Assembly (NCBI GenBank): GCA_963812015.1
Contig: CAWETI010000003.1
Location: 1,344,001 to 1,408,000, forward strand
Direction: 5' to 3'
DNA length: 64,000 nucleotides
DNA from: an uncultured delta proteobacterium
GTDB lineage: Bacteria > Desulfobacterota > Desulfobaccia > Desulfobaccales > 0-14-0-80-60-11
Below, piece by piece: positions 1 through 9,520 of the stretch. A program made the position numbers and the translations under genes. The notes under the pieces are model-generated. The model was not told where the DNA came from, ran no database searches, and was given only the letters and a program-made list of their open reading frames with translations. The first letter of the stretch is position 1, and each line of letters opens with the position of its first letter.

Positions 1-519
1 GACGAAGGCCTCGGATTTGGTGCCGTCCAACTCAGGCACGGCGTGAAAATCAGGGGCGCTGATTATGGTAAACTCCGGGGCGTGCCGCTCCAGTTCGTGC
101 TCATCCTTGATCTGGACGAACAGGTTCCGGGCAAAGAGGTTTTGCCAGGCCTGGGTGGTAATGATGCGGATGGACATGCGGTAGTTAGGGTCAGCCCCGG
201 CATGGCAGTCCTGGACAAAGATATCTTTCCCCTGAAGGAAGGCCAGCAGGCGGTAGTAAAGCAGATCGAATTTTTCCTCCGTCAGGGGCTGATTCTCCGC
301 TCCCCAGGAGATGTGGTGCGCGCTGGAAGGCTCCTTCACGATGAATTTGTCCCGGGGCGACCGGCCGGTATAGACGCCGGTGCGCACCACCATCGGGCCC
401 AGATGGGCGATAAGACCCTCACCCCGGGAAACGATCTCCTCATAGAGGGCGGAGGTGGGCAATTGCCAATTAATGGTCTTGACATTACGAATGCCGTGAG
501 CTTCTAAACCTTTCTTCAT
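1..519 (-). CDS. pckA: Phosphoenolpyruvate carboxykinase (ATP), 5' part; runs off the window edge
   Basis: Not in the ORF track. Minus-strand translation from ATG at 519 gives MKKGLEAHGIRNVKTINWQLPTSALYEEIVSRGEG...VVRTGVYTGRSPRDKFIV, the conserved PckA N-terminus (TGRSPxDKFIV). Confidence 0.95.
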   Translation of the reverse strand, partial: MKKGLEAHGIRNVKTINWQLPTSALYEEIVSRGEGLIAHLGPMVVRTGVYTGRSPRDKFIVKEPSSAHHISWGAENQPLTEEKFDLLYYRLLAFLQGKDIFVQDCHAGADPNYRMSIRIITTQAWQNLFARNLFVQIKDEHELERHAPEFTIISAPDFHAVPELDGTKSEAFV

Positions 520-585
520 GCGCTACCCCCTGGTTTTCTGGCCCCGCTGGGGGGGATTATCTGCAATAGGTTCATAACCGGCCGG

Positions 586-1848
586 TCATTTAAGCCTCTG
601 GCGTTCAGTGGCCGATCTGTTTTTCTCTTGCAACTTGATAAACTTGCCTTTCAATCTATGGTCTACTGAAAGGTCTGGAGAACCTAAGCCACTCTTGATC
701 AAATAGGCATTAACAAATATTCTGTTCTTTAAGTAAATATACGCAGCAATCAAATCTCTGTTGATACTATCATGGTCTTTTATGAAGATGTTCTTGCCAA
801 GAATTCTGCGGTGCAAGTAATCTATGGTCTCTTCCTTTTGGTCGATCTGTACTCCCAGGAATCTGACCTGGAGGCCATCATGTATTCTGAGGGTTTTGTC
901 GTCGATAATTTGGGTTACCTTATACAGATCGGCCGGGTTCAACTGAAGTCCGGGAGCCTCCTCCGGGGCCGCGGCATCGCGAATTGCCGGAGTATAATCA
1001 ATTTTCGCAGGTGGTTCAATTCTTTTATCGGTCTCGATTATTTGTATTCGATTAAATAAGGGTAAACTTTCCCTGCCGCTGATTTTCGGCGGAGTGGCCT
1101 CCAGAAAATCCCGGTTGATTTCGTAGCCCATGGCATTCCGGGCCAAATCCAGAGCCGCCTTGACGGTGGTGCCGCTGCCCAAAAACGGGTCCAACACCAT
1201 ATCACCCCGGAAGGTAAACATCCGGATCAACCGCCGGGGCAGCTCTTCGGGAAACATGGCCTCGTGACCCACCTGCCGGGCTCCGCCAAAGCACCAATGA
1301 CCGGCGAAGTACTCCTTCCACTCCTCTTTGGTCAGTCTAGAGGCTTCCTTGATGTCTGTCGAGACTTTTTTGCTCTTGCCCGGCTTTTTAAAGATCTGGA
1401 TGAATTCGTAATCGATTTCCACGATGCCGTTGGGGGGAAACGGGTAGGAACCCATGACCGTGGCGCCCCCGGTGGTATTCATGGTGGTCTTCTTCTGCCA
1501 GATGATGGCGCCCATGCAGTCGAAGCCGATGTGCTCGCATTGATTGATGAACTCGGCGTGCAGGGGGATGACCTTGTAGCGGCCGTAAACCGCGGCCCGG
1601 GCGAATTGATCCCCAATGTTGATGCAGAGCCGAGCCCCCTCCCCGAGGACCCGGAAACATTCCCGCCAGACGCGGTAGAGGTCCTTGAGATAGTCGTGCA
1701 GGCTCTGGCCGTAGCCGATCTGGCCGGGGGCGCCGTAGTCTTTGATCTGCCAGTAAGGCGGCGAGGTCACCACCAGGTCGACGCTGGCGTCGCCCACTTC
1801 CGTCATGGCCCGGCTATCGCCGAGATAAATTTTGGCCCGGTTAGGCAT
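586..1848 (-). CDS. Site-specific DNA methyltransferase (N4-C/N6-A, beta class) with a C-terminal thermonuclease (SNase)-like domain
   Basis: Catalytic TSPPY precedes the SAM-binding VLDPFLGSGTT (beta order). The C-terminal ~110 aa (VTQIIDDKTL...VRFLGV...AYIYLKNRIFVNAYLIKSGL) follow the SNase pattern. Confidence 0.9.
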   Translation of the reverse strand: MPNRAKIYLGDSRAMTEVGDASVDLVVTSPPYWQIKDYGAPGQIGYGQSLHDYLKDLYRVWRECFRVLGEGARLCINIGDQFARAAVYGRYKVIPLHAEFINQCEHIGFDCMGAIIWQKKTTMNTTGGATVMGSYPFPPNGIVEIDYEFIQIFKKPGKSKKVSTDIKEASRLTKEEWKEYFAGHWCFGGARQVGHEAMFPEELPRRLIRMFTFRGDMVLDPFLGSGTTVKAALDLARNAMGYEINRDFLEATPPKISGRESLPLFNRIQIIETDKRIEPPAKIDYTPAIRDAAAPEEAPGLQLNPADLYKVTQIIDDKTLRIHDGLQVRFLGVQIDQKEETIDYLHRRILGKNIFIKDHDSINRDLIAAYIYLKNRIFVNAYLIKSGLGSPDLSVDHRLKGKFIKLQEKNRSATERQRLK

Positions 1849-1923
1849 AAGGAATGCATGTAACCCGTTGATTGCTGGGGGAAAAATTGTGGCCTCTGGC
1901 CGCGCTTCCTATACAACTCATAA

Positions 1924-1995
1924 GGGATTGGGGATGGGGGTTTGGGGGAAGGGGTAAGGGCCACTTACAAAAAAGCCCTTAGCCCCTTTCCCCAA
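1924..1995. repeat. Palindromic intergenic repeat, family A
   Basis: Hairpin GGGGAAGGGGTAAGGGC...GCCCTTAGCCCCTTTCCCC. Its reverse complement aligns to 19859-19940 and resembles 29898-29962. Confidence 0.75.
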
Positions 1996-2008
1996 GTTGC
2001 TTCCCACC

Positions 2009-2590
2009 TCACTTCGCCAGGGCCTTGAGGCTCTGGCGCAGCAGGTCTTCCAGGCTGCCGGCCCCCAGGGTTTTCGCCGCGTCCAGGGCTTTTTCCGCCA
2101 GGTTTTTGGGGTATCCCAGGTTGAGCAGGGCCGAGAGGGCGTCCTGCATCAGCTTTTCCCCGGCCGACGCCGGGCGTGGGCGCCGGGCCGGCGGCAGCTT
2201 ATCTTTGAGTTCCAGCACGATCCGGGCCGCGGATTTCTTGCCGATGCCGGGAATCCCGGCCAGGCGTTTATCATCGCCCTGGAGCAAGGCCTGGGCGAAG
2301 TCCTCGGGGTTGATGCCGCTCAGAATGTTCAGGGCCGTGCGGGCCCCGACCCGGGGAATGCCCAGGAGTTGCAGGAACAGATACTTTTCTTCCTGGGTGT
2401 TAAAACCATAGAGCTGCAGGGCGTCCTCTTGCAGGCGGGTATGAATCTGGAGGGCGACGGTGGCCGGCGGGTCGGGCAGGGCATAAAAGGTGGAGAGGGG
2501 AATCAAGATTTGATAGCCTACGCCTCCCACCTTCAGCAGGATCTGGCCCGGCAACTTGTCGATGAGTTGGCCTTCCAGGTAACCGATCAT
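2009..2590 (-). CDS. ruvA: Holliday junction branch migration protein RuvA
   Basis: Starts MIGYLEG; contains GVGY, LYGF and HhH motifs (IPRVGARTA, IPGIGKKSA); ATGA overlap with ruvC. Confidence 0.97.
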   Translation of the reverse strand: MIGYLEGQLIDKLPGQILLKVGGVGYQILIPLSTFYALPDPPATVALQIHTRLQEDALQLYGFNTQEEKYLFLQLLGIPRVGARTALNILSGINPEDFAQALLQGDDKRLAGIPGIGKKSAARIVLELKDKLPPARRPRPASAGEKLMQDALSALLNLGYPKNLAEKALDAAKTLGAGSLEDLLRQSLKALAK

Positions 2591-3075
2591 GGGGAGGCCG
2601 GGAGCCAGCGGCTGTGGAAGAGATGGCACATGCCCACCGCCAGGGCGTCGGCGGCGTGTTGGTTCTTCACCTCGACCCCTAAAAGATGCTTCACCATCAG
2701 CTGCACCTGTTCCTTGGAGGCCTGGCCGTAGCCCACCACCGATTTCTTGACCACCAGGGGCGAGTAGTGAAAGATGGGCACCGCGGCGCGGGCCGCGAGG
2801 AGCAGCACTATGCCCCGCACCTGGCCCAGGGTGAAGGCGCTGTGCACATTGGTGCCCAGAAAGATTTCTTCCACGGCGATGGCCTGGGGGGTATGTTGAC
2901 GGATTAAATCCTCCAGACCGTCAAAAATCCGACAGAGACGGGATTCCAACGGCGGCCGGGAGCCGGCATTGATGCTGCCGGAGGCCAGGTGGAGGAGTTG
3001 ATCCCCCTCCCCCTGGAGGACCCCAAAACCGGTATGCCGGGAACCGGGGTCCACCCCCAGGATAATCGGGCTCAC
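2587..3075 (-). CDS. ruvC: Crossover junction endodeoxyribonuclease RuvC
   Basis: [26 protein letters not shown] and ADALAVG motifs. Confidence 0.97.
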   Translation of the reverse strand: MSPIILGVDPGSRHTGFGVLQGEGDQLLHLASGSINAGSRPPLESRLCRIFDGLEDLIRQHTPQAIAVEEIFLGTNVHSAFTLGQVRGIVLLLAARAAVPIFHYSPLVVKKSVVGYGQASKEQVQLMVKHLLGVEVKNQHAADALAVGMCHLFHSRWLPASP

Positions 3076-3821
3076 ATCAAGGCCTCAAGCAATTGATCCG
3101 GAATGTCAAAATTGGCGAAGACGTCATTGACGTCATCGTGATCTTCTAATAACTCCACCAGTTTGATCAAATTTTGGGCGGATTTTTCTTCCTCGATGTG
3201 GATGGTGGTTTGGGGGCGTAACTGGATCTCCGCCAGGATGGGCTTAAAACCCCGGCTCTCCAGGGCTTCATTGACTTCGATAAAATTGGCGGGGTCGGTG
3301 AGCACCTCGAATTGACTCTCGTCCCCTTGCAAGTCTTCGGCGCCGCATTCCAGGGCGGCCTCCATGAGGGCCTCTTCATCCACGCCTTCCCGCTCGAAGA
3401 CAATGACCCCTTTCTTGTCAAACATCCAGGCGACACAGCCGGGCTCCCCCAGGCTGCCGCCGTATTTGGTAATGAGGTGACGGACGTCGGACACCGTGCG
3501 GTTTTTGTTGTCCGTGAGGCTTTCCACCATCAGGGCCACCCCGGCCGGACCATACCCCTCCAGGGTCAGTTCTTCCAGGGCGGCGCCGCCGGCTTCCCCG
3601 GCGCCGCGCTTAATGGCCCGGGTAATATTGTCATTGGGCATGTTTTCGGCCCGGGCCGCGGCGATGGCCGCTCTGAGGCGGGGATTGCCGGTGGGGTCAC
3701 CTCCCCCCAGGCGCGCCGACACGGTAATTTCTTTGGCCAGCTTGCCGAAGAGTTTTCCCCGTTTGGCGTCCAAGGCGCCTTTCTTCCGCTTGATGGTGCT
3801 CCATTTGGAATGACCAGACAT
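3072..3821 (-). CDS. yebC: YebC/PmpR family protein
   Basis: [14 protein letters not shown] start; EGYGP and TDNKNRT motifs; usual position upstream of ruvC. Confidence 0.97.
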   Translation of the reverse strand: MSGHSKWSTIKRKKGALDAKRGKLFGKLAKEITVSARLGGGDPTGNPRLRAAIAAARAENMPNDNITRAIKRGAGEAGGAALEELTLEGYGPAGVALMVESLTDNKNRTVSDVRHLITKYGGSLGEPGCVAWMFDKKGVIVFEREGVDEEALMEAALECGAEDLQGDESQFEVLTDPANFIEVNEALESRGFKPILAEIQLRPQTTIHIEEEKSAQNLIKLVELLEDHDDVNDVFANFDIPDQLLEALM

Positions 3822-3872
3822 CTGGGCGTGCTCCTCTTTGACTTACTTTCACAGTGCTTATGACTGCCGAAG

Positions 3873-4490
3873 TCAAGATTTGGGGGTCCCGGAGGCCGGG
3901 GCGCCCCGTTTCCTGAGGCCGACAAAATAGATTTCCCGGCTGGCCGGACGAGACCCGGCCGGCTTCACGGGTCGGCAAAGACTGAAGTTCCTCTTCAGGA
4001 TTGCCGCCAGGGCGGGGGTGTCCGGCCCTTCGAAGACCTTGACCAGGAAGTGGCCCCCGACTCGGAGCAGCTTTTGGGCCCACTCCCAGGCCAGGAAGGC
4101 CAACTCCAGGGAGCGCTGCTGGTCCACCGCCCGCAGGCCCGTGGTTTTCGGGGCCAGATCGCTCACCACCACGTCAAACACCGGGGATATGGCCATAATG
4201 GCGGCTAAGTCTATACTTGTGACCTCGCCGTGCACAAAGTATAGGGGCGGGGCCACGGCGATGGTCACCGGCGTCACATCCACCCCTACCACCAGGCCTC
4301 CGGGGCCGATGCGGGAGGCAATATATTGCAGCCATGACCCCGGACTGCACCCCAGGTCCAGGACCCGTTGGCCTTCCTGAAAGAGATGGTATTTTTCATC
4401 CACCTCTTTGAGCTTGTAAATAGCCCGGGCCACATATCCTTCGGCCCGGGCCCGGCTCCGGTAATAGTCGGGCAGACCTGGGCGAGGCAT
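3873..4490 (-). CDS. rlmE: 23S rRNA (uridine-2'-O) methyltransferase RlmE/FtsJ
   Basis: RA-YKL-E, VLDLGCSPGSW, SDLAP, VKVFEG and SREIY motifs. Confidence 0.93.
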   Translation of the reverse strand: MPRPGLPDYYRSRARAEGYVARAIYKLKEVDEKYHLFQEGQRVLDLGCSPGSWLQYIASRIGPGGLVVGVDVTPVTIAVAPPLYFVHGEVTSIDLAAIMAISPVFDVVVSDLAPKTTGLRAVDQQRSLELAFLAWEWAQKLLRVGGHFLVKVFEGPDTPALAAILKRNFSLCRPVKPAGSRPASREIYFVGLRKRGAPASGTPKS

Positions 4491-4572
4491 AGTTTCAAAA
4501 TGTCTATCTTAGTAGATTAATTAACTTTCTTTTAGCATAGGTCCCAACTTTTGGCAATGAAAATCCTCCGTA

Positions 4573-4588
4573 TGTCAAAATCCTGACA
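4573..4588. promoter_or_regulatory. Palindrome TGTCA-N6-TGACA; candidate upstream activating sequence for a sigma54 activator
   Basis: Perfect 5-bp inverted repeat about 230 bp upstream of a sigma54 promoter. Confidence 0.5.
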
Positions 4589-4807
4589 GCCCGGGAGCTC
4601 TTTGACCGACGCTTGACGCCCCTCTTCCCGGCGCTCTCCTGGTCCTCGCGGCCGGGGACCGCCGACCAGCCGCAAGGCAGTTAGCTTAAATTAATCAATA
4701 AATCAAGCAAGTTAAACAGGAATAGTCGGTGGGGTCTAGGTAAACCGCAAAACTTGGGGCACCCCCGTTCCGACCGGTGTGCAAAGATGAACCGGGCGTT
4801 TTGAGGC

Positions 4808-4823
4808 TGGCACAATCATTGCT
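4808..4823 (+). promoter_or_regulatory. Sigma54 (-24/-12) promoter
   Basis: TGGCACAATCATTGCT is a perfect match to TGGCAC-N5-TTGCW. Confidence 0.85.
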
Positions 4824-4983
4824 GACTAGAGGAACACAGGCAAGGTTGAGCAGTGAGCCTGGGCCGAAGGGATGGTGAGACCGTGATACAGGGAATCAAA
4901 AAGCCGGGTTGGCGAAAAAACCCCGGGGCCACTGAACTTGAGGCGACGATGCCGCCATACCGACCTGGCGCCGGAGGGCGGAG

Positions 4984-5166
4984 ATGACCCAGATGTTGAC
5001 CCCGGAAGAAATGGCGGCTCTGCTTGAAGGTTTAAGGGAAGCAGAGGCCCACCTCGATTCCGAACAGTGCGCCTCTGCGAAAATCATCTCTCCAGGCCGG
5101 AGTTTTCCTGAAAGCTTAGGGTGCAAAATTCAGAGACTTATCAAACTGGTTGCTGGCGAGCCTTGA
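4984..5166 (+). CDS. Small protein with a FliM N-terminus-like motif
   Basis: GGAG RBS. MTQMLTPEEMAALLEGL resembles the FliM CheY-binding peptide LSQxEIDALL. Lies 6 bp before flhG. Confidence 0.55.
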   Translation: MTQMLTPEEMAALLEGLREAEAHLDSEQCASAKIISPGRSFPESLGCKIQRLIKLVAGEP

Positions 5167-5172
5167 GGTAAA

Positions 5173-6090
5173 GTGGCCCCACTTTATGAGGGGAATGGGA
5201 GCATGGGAACCGAAATCAGCGTGGCATCGTTCGCACCTGAACTCAATGAAGTGCCCCAGGACGGTGCCTCTCCCCAGAGATGGGCAGGGGCGACCCCCCT
5301 CAGGGTCATTTCGGTTACCTCCGGCAAGGGCGGGGTGGGCAAATCCAATGTCGTGGTCAACCTGGGACTGGCCCTGGCTCAGCGCGGACTCAAAGTGCTC
5401 CTGATTGATGCCGATTTAGGGTTGGGTAATCTGGATATCCTGTTGGGTCTGACCCCAAAATTCACTATTCAGGATGTCCTGTCCCTGCGTCTCAACCTGG
5501 CCGACGTGATCGTGGAAGGACCAGGAGGCCTTAAAATCCTGCCAGCCTCTTCCGGCATCCCCGAACTGGCGATGCTGGATGCATTTCAGCAGCTCTTTTT
5601 GCTCAACGAAATGGACCATTTCACCGCAGATGTCGATGTCGTGTTGATTGATACCGGGGCCGGCATCTCGCAAAATGTCTTGTTTTTCAATATGGGCGCC
5701 CGGGAACGCATCCTGGTGGTCAACAACCAGCCGCCCGCCATCGCTGATGCCTATGCCCTGATCAAGGTCATGGTTTCCCAGCATGGCGAGAAGAGCTTCA
5801 AGGTGTTGGTGAATGGCCTGGCTCACGACCGAGAAGCAGAATTGGTCTATCAGACCCTGCTCAGGGTGACCGAGCGTTTCTTGGGACAGGAGATCGCCTT
5901 GGATTATCTCGGCGTTATTCCTTACGATGAAGCCGTGCCCAAAGCGGTCATGAGGCAGCAGCCGGTCCTGGCCCTCTACCCCCAGGCTCCGGCCAGCCGG
6001 TCTTTCCGCATGATCGCCCAAACTTTGTGGGAATCGCCGCCCCGCGGGATTGACGGCACTATCAAATTCTTTTGGCGTCGCTTACTCTGA
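5173..6090 (+). CDS. flhG: MinD/ParA family ATPase FlhG/FleN
   Basis: Deviant Walker A SGKGGVGKS; DADLGLGN, IDTGAGIS and DAYALIK motifs; amphipathic C-terminus (FFWRRLL); adjacent to fliA. Confidence 0.9.
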   Translation: MAPLYEGNGSMGTEISVASFAPELNEVPQDGASPQRWAGATPLRVISVTSGKGGVGKSNVVVNLGLALAQRGLKVLLIDADLGLGNLDILLGLTPKFTIQDVLSLRLNLADVIVEGPGGLKILPASSGIPELAMLDAFQQLFLLNEMDHFTADVDVVLIDTGAGISQNVLFFNMGARERILVVNNQPPAIADAYALIKVMVSQHGEKSFKVLVNGLAHDREAELVYQTLLRVTERFLGQEIALDYLGVIPYDEAVPKAVMRQQPVLALYPQAPASRSFRMIAQTLWESPPRGIDGTIKFFWRRLL

Positions 6091-6121
6091 TCGCGTTCGG
6101 GCATACGAAAGCGGGGAAATC

Positions 6122-6916
6122 ATGGAAGAGCAGAGTTTGGCCCAGATCAACATGGAATCAATTCCTGGCTATGGCGCCGGGAAAGTGGATCAGGACTGGC
6201 AGGAACAGATGGTGCTGCAATACGCGCCATTAATCAAGTACATCGCCGCTCGTCTGGCCTTGCGCCTGCCATCCCACATCTCCTTAGAAGATTTGGTGAG
6301 CTCCGGCATCATTGGTTTGATTGATGCAGTCCAAAAGTTTGACTCCTCGAAGAACATCAATTTTAAAACCTATGCGGAATTCCGTATCAAGGGGGCGATG
6401 CTGGATGAACTGCGGAGCCTGGACTGGATCCCTCGTTCCGTGCGGAAAAAATCTCACCTCATCGAAAACGCCTACGTTCAATTACAAAGAAGTTTGGGAA
6501 GGCCGGCCGAAGCGGAAGAGGTGGCCGAGCTCCTGGGTCTGGAGCTGGGAGAATTCTACCAACTCCTGGATGAAACCAAGACAGTGTCCCTGGTGGCTTT
6601 AGAGGAAGGCAGAAAAGCCCTGGGAGGGCAGGTGAGCTATCTGGAGTACGAACTCCTGGAGACTATCAAGGACGATAAGGCCCGGGACTCAATGTTGGCC
6701 ATACATTTTTCCGAACTCCAGAAAATTATGGTGCGGGCCATTGAAGCCTTGCCGGATAAGGAAAAGTTGTTGATATCATTATATTATTATGAAGAGCTGA
6801 CCATGAAGGAGATCGGCCAGATCATGGGTTATACCGAGTCTCGGATCTCCCAGTTACATACTCAGGCTATGTATCGCCTGAAACATAAGCTCCGGGAATA
6901 CTCCGAAGAGGGTTAA
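6122..6916 (+). CDS. fliA: FliA/WhiG family RNA polymerase sigma factor (sigma28)
   Basis: FKTYAEFRIKGAMLDELRSLDWIPRS and YYYEELTMKEIG...ESRISQLH motifs. Confidence 0.95.
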   Translation: MEEQSLAQINMESIPGYGAGKVDQDWQEQMVLQYAPLIKYIAARLALRLPSHISLEDLVSSGIIGLIDAVQKFDSSKNINFKTYAEFRIKGAMLDELRSLDWIPRSVRKKSHLIENAYVQLQRSLGRPAEAEEVAELLGLELGEFYQLLDETKTVSLVALEEGRKALGGQVSYLEYELLETIKDDKARDSMLAIHFSELQKIMVRAIEALPDKEKLLISLYYYEELTMKEIGQIMGYTESRISQLHTQAMYRLKHKLREYSEEG

Positions 6917-7065
6917 CTGGACCTGAAAACTGCTCATTTCCCGGGAATAGAGTCCATGAGTTTTTTCGGGCGGCGTTCCTTGCAAGTCTCCCTGGGGCAG
7001 CAGGATTAGTCAATGCTTACCTGACCCATGGCAATGCGCCTGGCGGCCAGAAAAGGAGGAAGATA

Positions 7066-7290
7066 GTGTCTCTCTTGTCCTACGGGGTGCTCATCTTAGT
7101 TGTCGTATTGGGCGGGTTGGTGTTGTTAGTGATTTTTAGTCTGCTGGCCATGGCCCAACAGGGCGATAGCTACCTGGACCAACAAGAATTTAACCTGCCG
7201 CAGCAGCAAGATTGCCCCCCTGCATCGGTGGAGGAGGCAAAATCACCTAACCTCTCCGGGCTCGCCAAACAAGATCTGAAGCTGGTTTGA
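7066..7290 (+). CDS. Small hypothetical membrane protein
   Basis: AGGAGG RBS, GTG start, one N-terminal hydrophobic helix. Confidence 0.65.
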   Translation: MSLLSYGVLILVVVLGGLVLLVIFSLLAMAQQGDSYLDQQEFNLPQQQDCPPASVEEAKSPNLSGLAKQDLKLV

Positions 7291-7601
7291 TTCTGTCGCC
7301 CGCCGAATTCTCATCCGCCGTTGAGGGCGCGAGCCCTCGGCTGGTTTCCCTCTACGACGATTTCCTCTCATATTCGCAGAGACCGAGTTGCGATGACGCC
7401 CCCTTTCCCAGGGCGCTTGCCTGGGGGTGCTTAAGATCCTGAATCTAACCCCAAATAATCTGCCTTGGCATCAACCCCGCCTGCTTTAGGTCCGCGGCAT
7501 GCCGTGCCTTCCTTAATCATCATTGCGTCGGCGGCCAATTTCCACTAAACTGCCCCCAAACCAAGCTTGGTGCAATATTCCCCTGACGAATTGGGACCCT
7601 T

Positions 7602-9320
7602 ATGTGGATGGAGAGACTGCAAAAACGCCTCCAGGCGGCCCGGGGTGAAGTCCCGGCGGAAATGGTGCTCACCGGCGGTCGGCTGGCCAATGTCTATACC
7701 GGTGCGTGGCAGGACACCGATGTAGCCTTGTTCGATGGGATTATCGTCGGGTTGGGGGATTATCCCGGACCCCGGCTGAACGTCACGGGCCGCTATATTC
7801 TCCCGGGTTTCATCGATGGCCACCTCCATCTCGAGAGCAGCATGCTTACTCCCCGGGAACTGGCCCGGGCCCTGTTACCCCTGGGGACGACCACCGTGGT
7901 GGCGGACCCCCATGAGATCGCCAACGTCTGGGGTCCTGCGGGTCTGGATTATCTGCTGGAAGCCAGTGCGGCCCTGCCGGTGGATTTTTTCTTCATGCTG
8001 CCCTCCTGCGTGCCTGCCACTCCCCTGGAAACCGCCGGGGCGCTCCTGGAAGCCGCTGACCTTGCGCCATACCGGCGTCATCCCCGTATCCTGGGGTTGG
8101 CGGAGGTGATGAATTTTCCCGGTTTGGTGGCCGGAGACCAGGGACTCCTGGCCAAGCTCGCCCTTTTTCCCCAAGGCCCGCTGGATGGCCATGCCCCGCT
8201 GCTCTCCGGCAGAGCCCTCAACGCCTACCGGTTGGCCGGTATCGGCTCCGATCATGAATGCACCCGTTTAGCGGAGGCCCAGGAAAAGCTAGGTTTGGGG
8301 TTTTACCTGATGCTGCGGGAAGGGAGCCTGGCCAAAAACCTGGCTGATCTTCTCCCGACCGTGACCCCCGCCAGCCTGCGTCGCACCATGTTGGTCACCG
8401 ACGACAGCCACCCGGAAGACCTGGCCCGCAACGGACATCTCAACCATCTCCTCCGCCAGGCGGTATCCCTGGGCCTCGATCCATTGGCCGCAGTGAGCAT
8501 GGTGACCATTAATCCGGCGGAATATTTTCGCCTCCGGGACCGGGGCGCGGTGGCCCCGGGACTGGCGGCCGATCTGGTGGTGGTGGAGGACCTCAGGGAA
8601 TTCCGCATTGACAAAGTCCTGAAATGCGGCAAACTGCTGGTGGATCAGGGCAAGCTGGCGGCGGCCCCGGAAGTTTCCCCCCAGCCGCCTCCGACCTCTC
8701 CCCTGCGCGTGAAAGACTTGTGCCTGGAGGCCTTTTCACCCCCGGCGGCCGGGAGTGTGGTCAAGGTCATCGGCCTGATTCCCGACCAATTGCTCACCGA
8801 AAAGCGTCTCTTGCCCGCCCCCGTCCGGGAGGGCCGCCTGGCAACGGCCCCCGCCCAGGACCTCCTGAAGCTGGCCGTGGTGGAACGGCATCACGGCACC
8901 GGCCACCTGGGCCTGGGAATGGTCCAGGGATTCGGGTTGCCCCAGGGCGCCCTGGCCTCCTCCGTGGCCCATGATTCCCATAATATCGTGGTGGTGGGAG
9001 CCAGCGAGGCGGATATGCTCCAGGCGGTTCGCCATCTGCTGGACCTGGGGGGCGGGCTGGCGGTGGTGGCCGGCGGCCGGGTAGTGGCCGACCTGGCGCT
9101 CCCCATCGCCGGTTTGATCAGCCCTTGGCCCCTGGAACGAGTGGCTGCCGCCTATGCCCGCCTCAAGGCCGCCTACCACGCTTTAGGGGGAGTGCTCCCC
9201 GATCCTTTCATGGCCTTGTCTTTTTTGGCCCTGCCGGTCATCCCGGCCTTGAAACTCACGGACCTGGGGCTGGTGGACGTGGACCGCTTCCAGATCGTGC
9301 CCCTCTTTGGCCCGGATTGA
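7602..9320 (+). CDS. ade: Adenine deaminase
   Basis: PGFIDGHLHLESS, DPHEIANV, LAEVMN, DGHAP, SDHEC and HDSHN motifs. The start may be 7608. Confidence 0.95.
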   Translation: MWMERLQKRLQAARGEVPAEMVLTGGRLANVYTGAWQDTDVALFDGIIVGLGDYPGPRLNVTGRYILPGFIDGHLHLESSMLTPRELARALLPLGTTTVVADPHEIANVWGPAGLDYLLEASAALPVDFFFMLPSCVPATPLETAGALLEAADLAPYRRHPRILGLAEVMNFPGLVAGDQGLLAKLALFPQGPLDGHAPLLSGRALNAYRLAGIGSDHECTRLAEAQEKLGLGFYLMLREGSLAKNLADLLPTVTPASLRRTMLVTDDSHPEDLARNGHLNHLLRQAVSLGLDPLAAVSMVTINPAEYFRLRDRGAVAPGLAADLVVVEDLREFRIDKVLKCGKLLVDQGKLAAAPEVSPQPPPTSPLRVKDLCLEAFSPPAAGSVVKVIGLIPDQLLTEKRLLPAPVREGRLATAPAQDLLKLAVVERHHGTGHLGLGMVQGFGLPQGALASSVAHDSHNIVVVGASEADMLQAVRHLLDLGGGLAVVAGGRVVADLALPIAGLISPWPLERVAAAYARLKAAYHALGGVLPDPFMALSFLALPVIPALKLTDLGLVDVDRFQIVPLFGPD

Positions 9321-9520
9321 GGCGGATAATTCCCCCGGGGCTTTGGGGCTGCCCTGGTCAAGGGGGTTCCCATGCCTATAGTCAGAAAACTCGAACGTCT
9401 GGCAGCAGTTGAGGGCTGGGGCAGATGAAGGATTTTATACGATAAACTGGTCTTGGCCAGTCCGGATCGCGTTTGCTGATGCCTGGCCCCCGACCCCTGA
9501 TCCCTGCTGATGGAGGGCTT

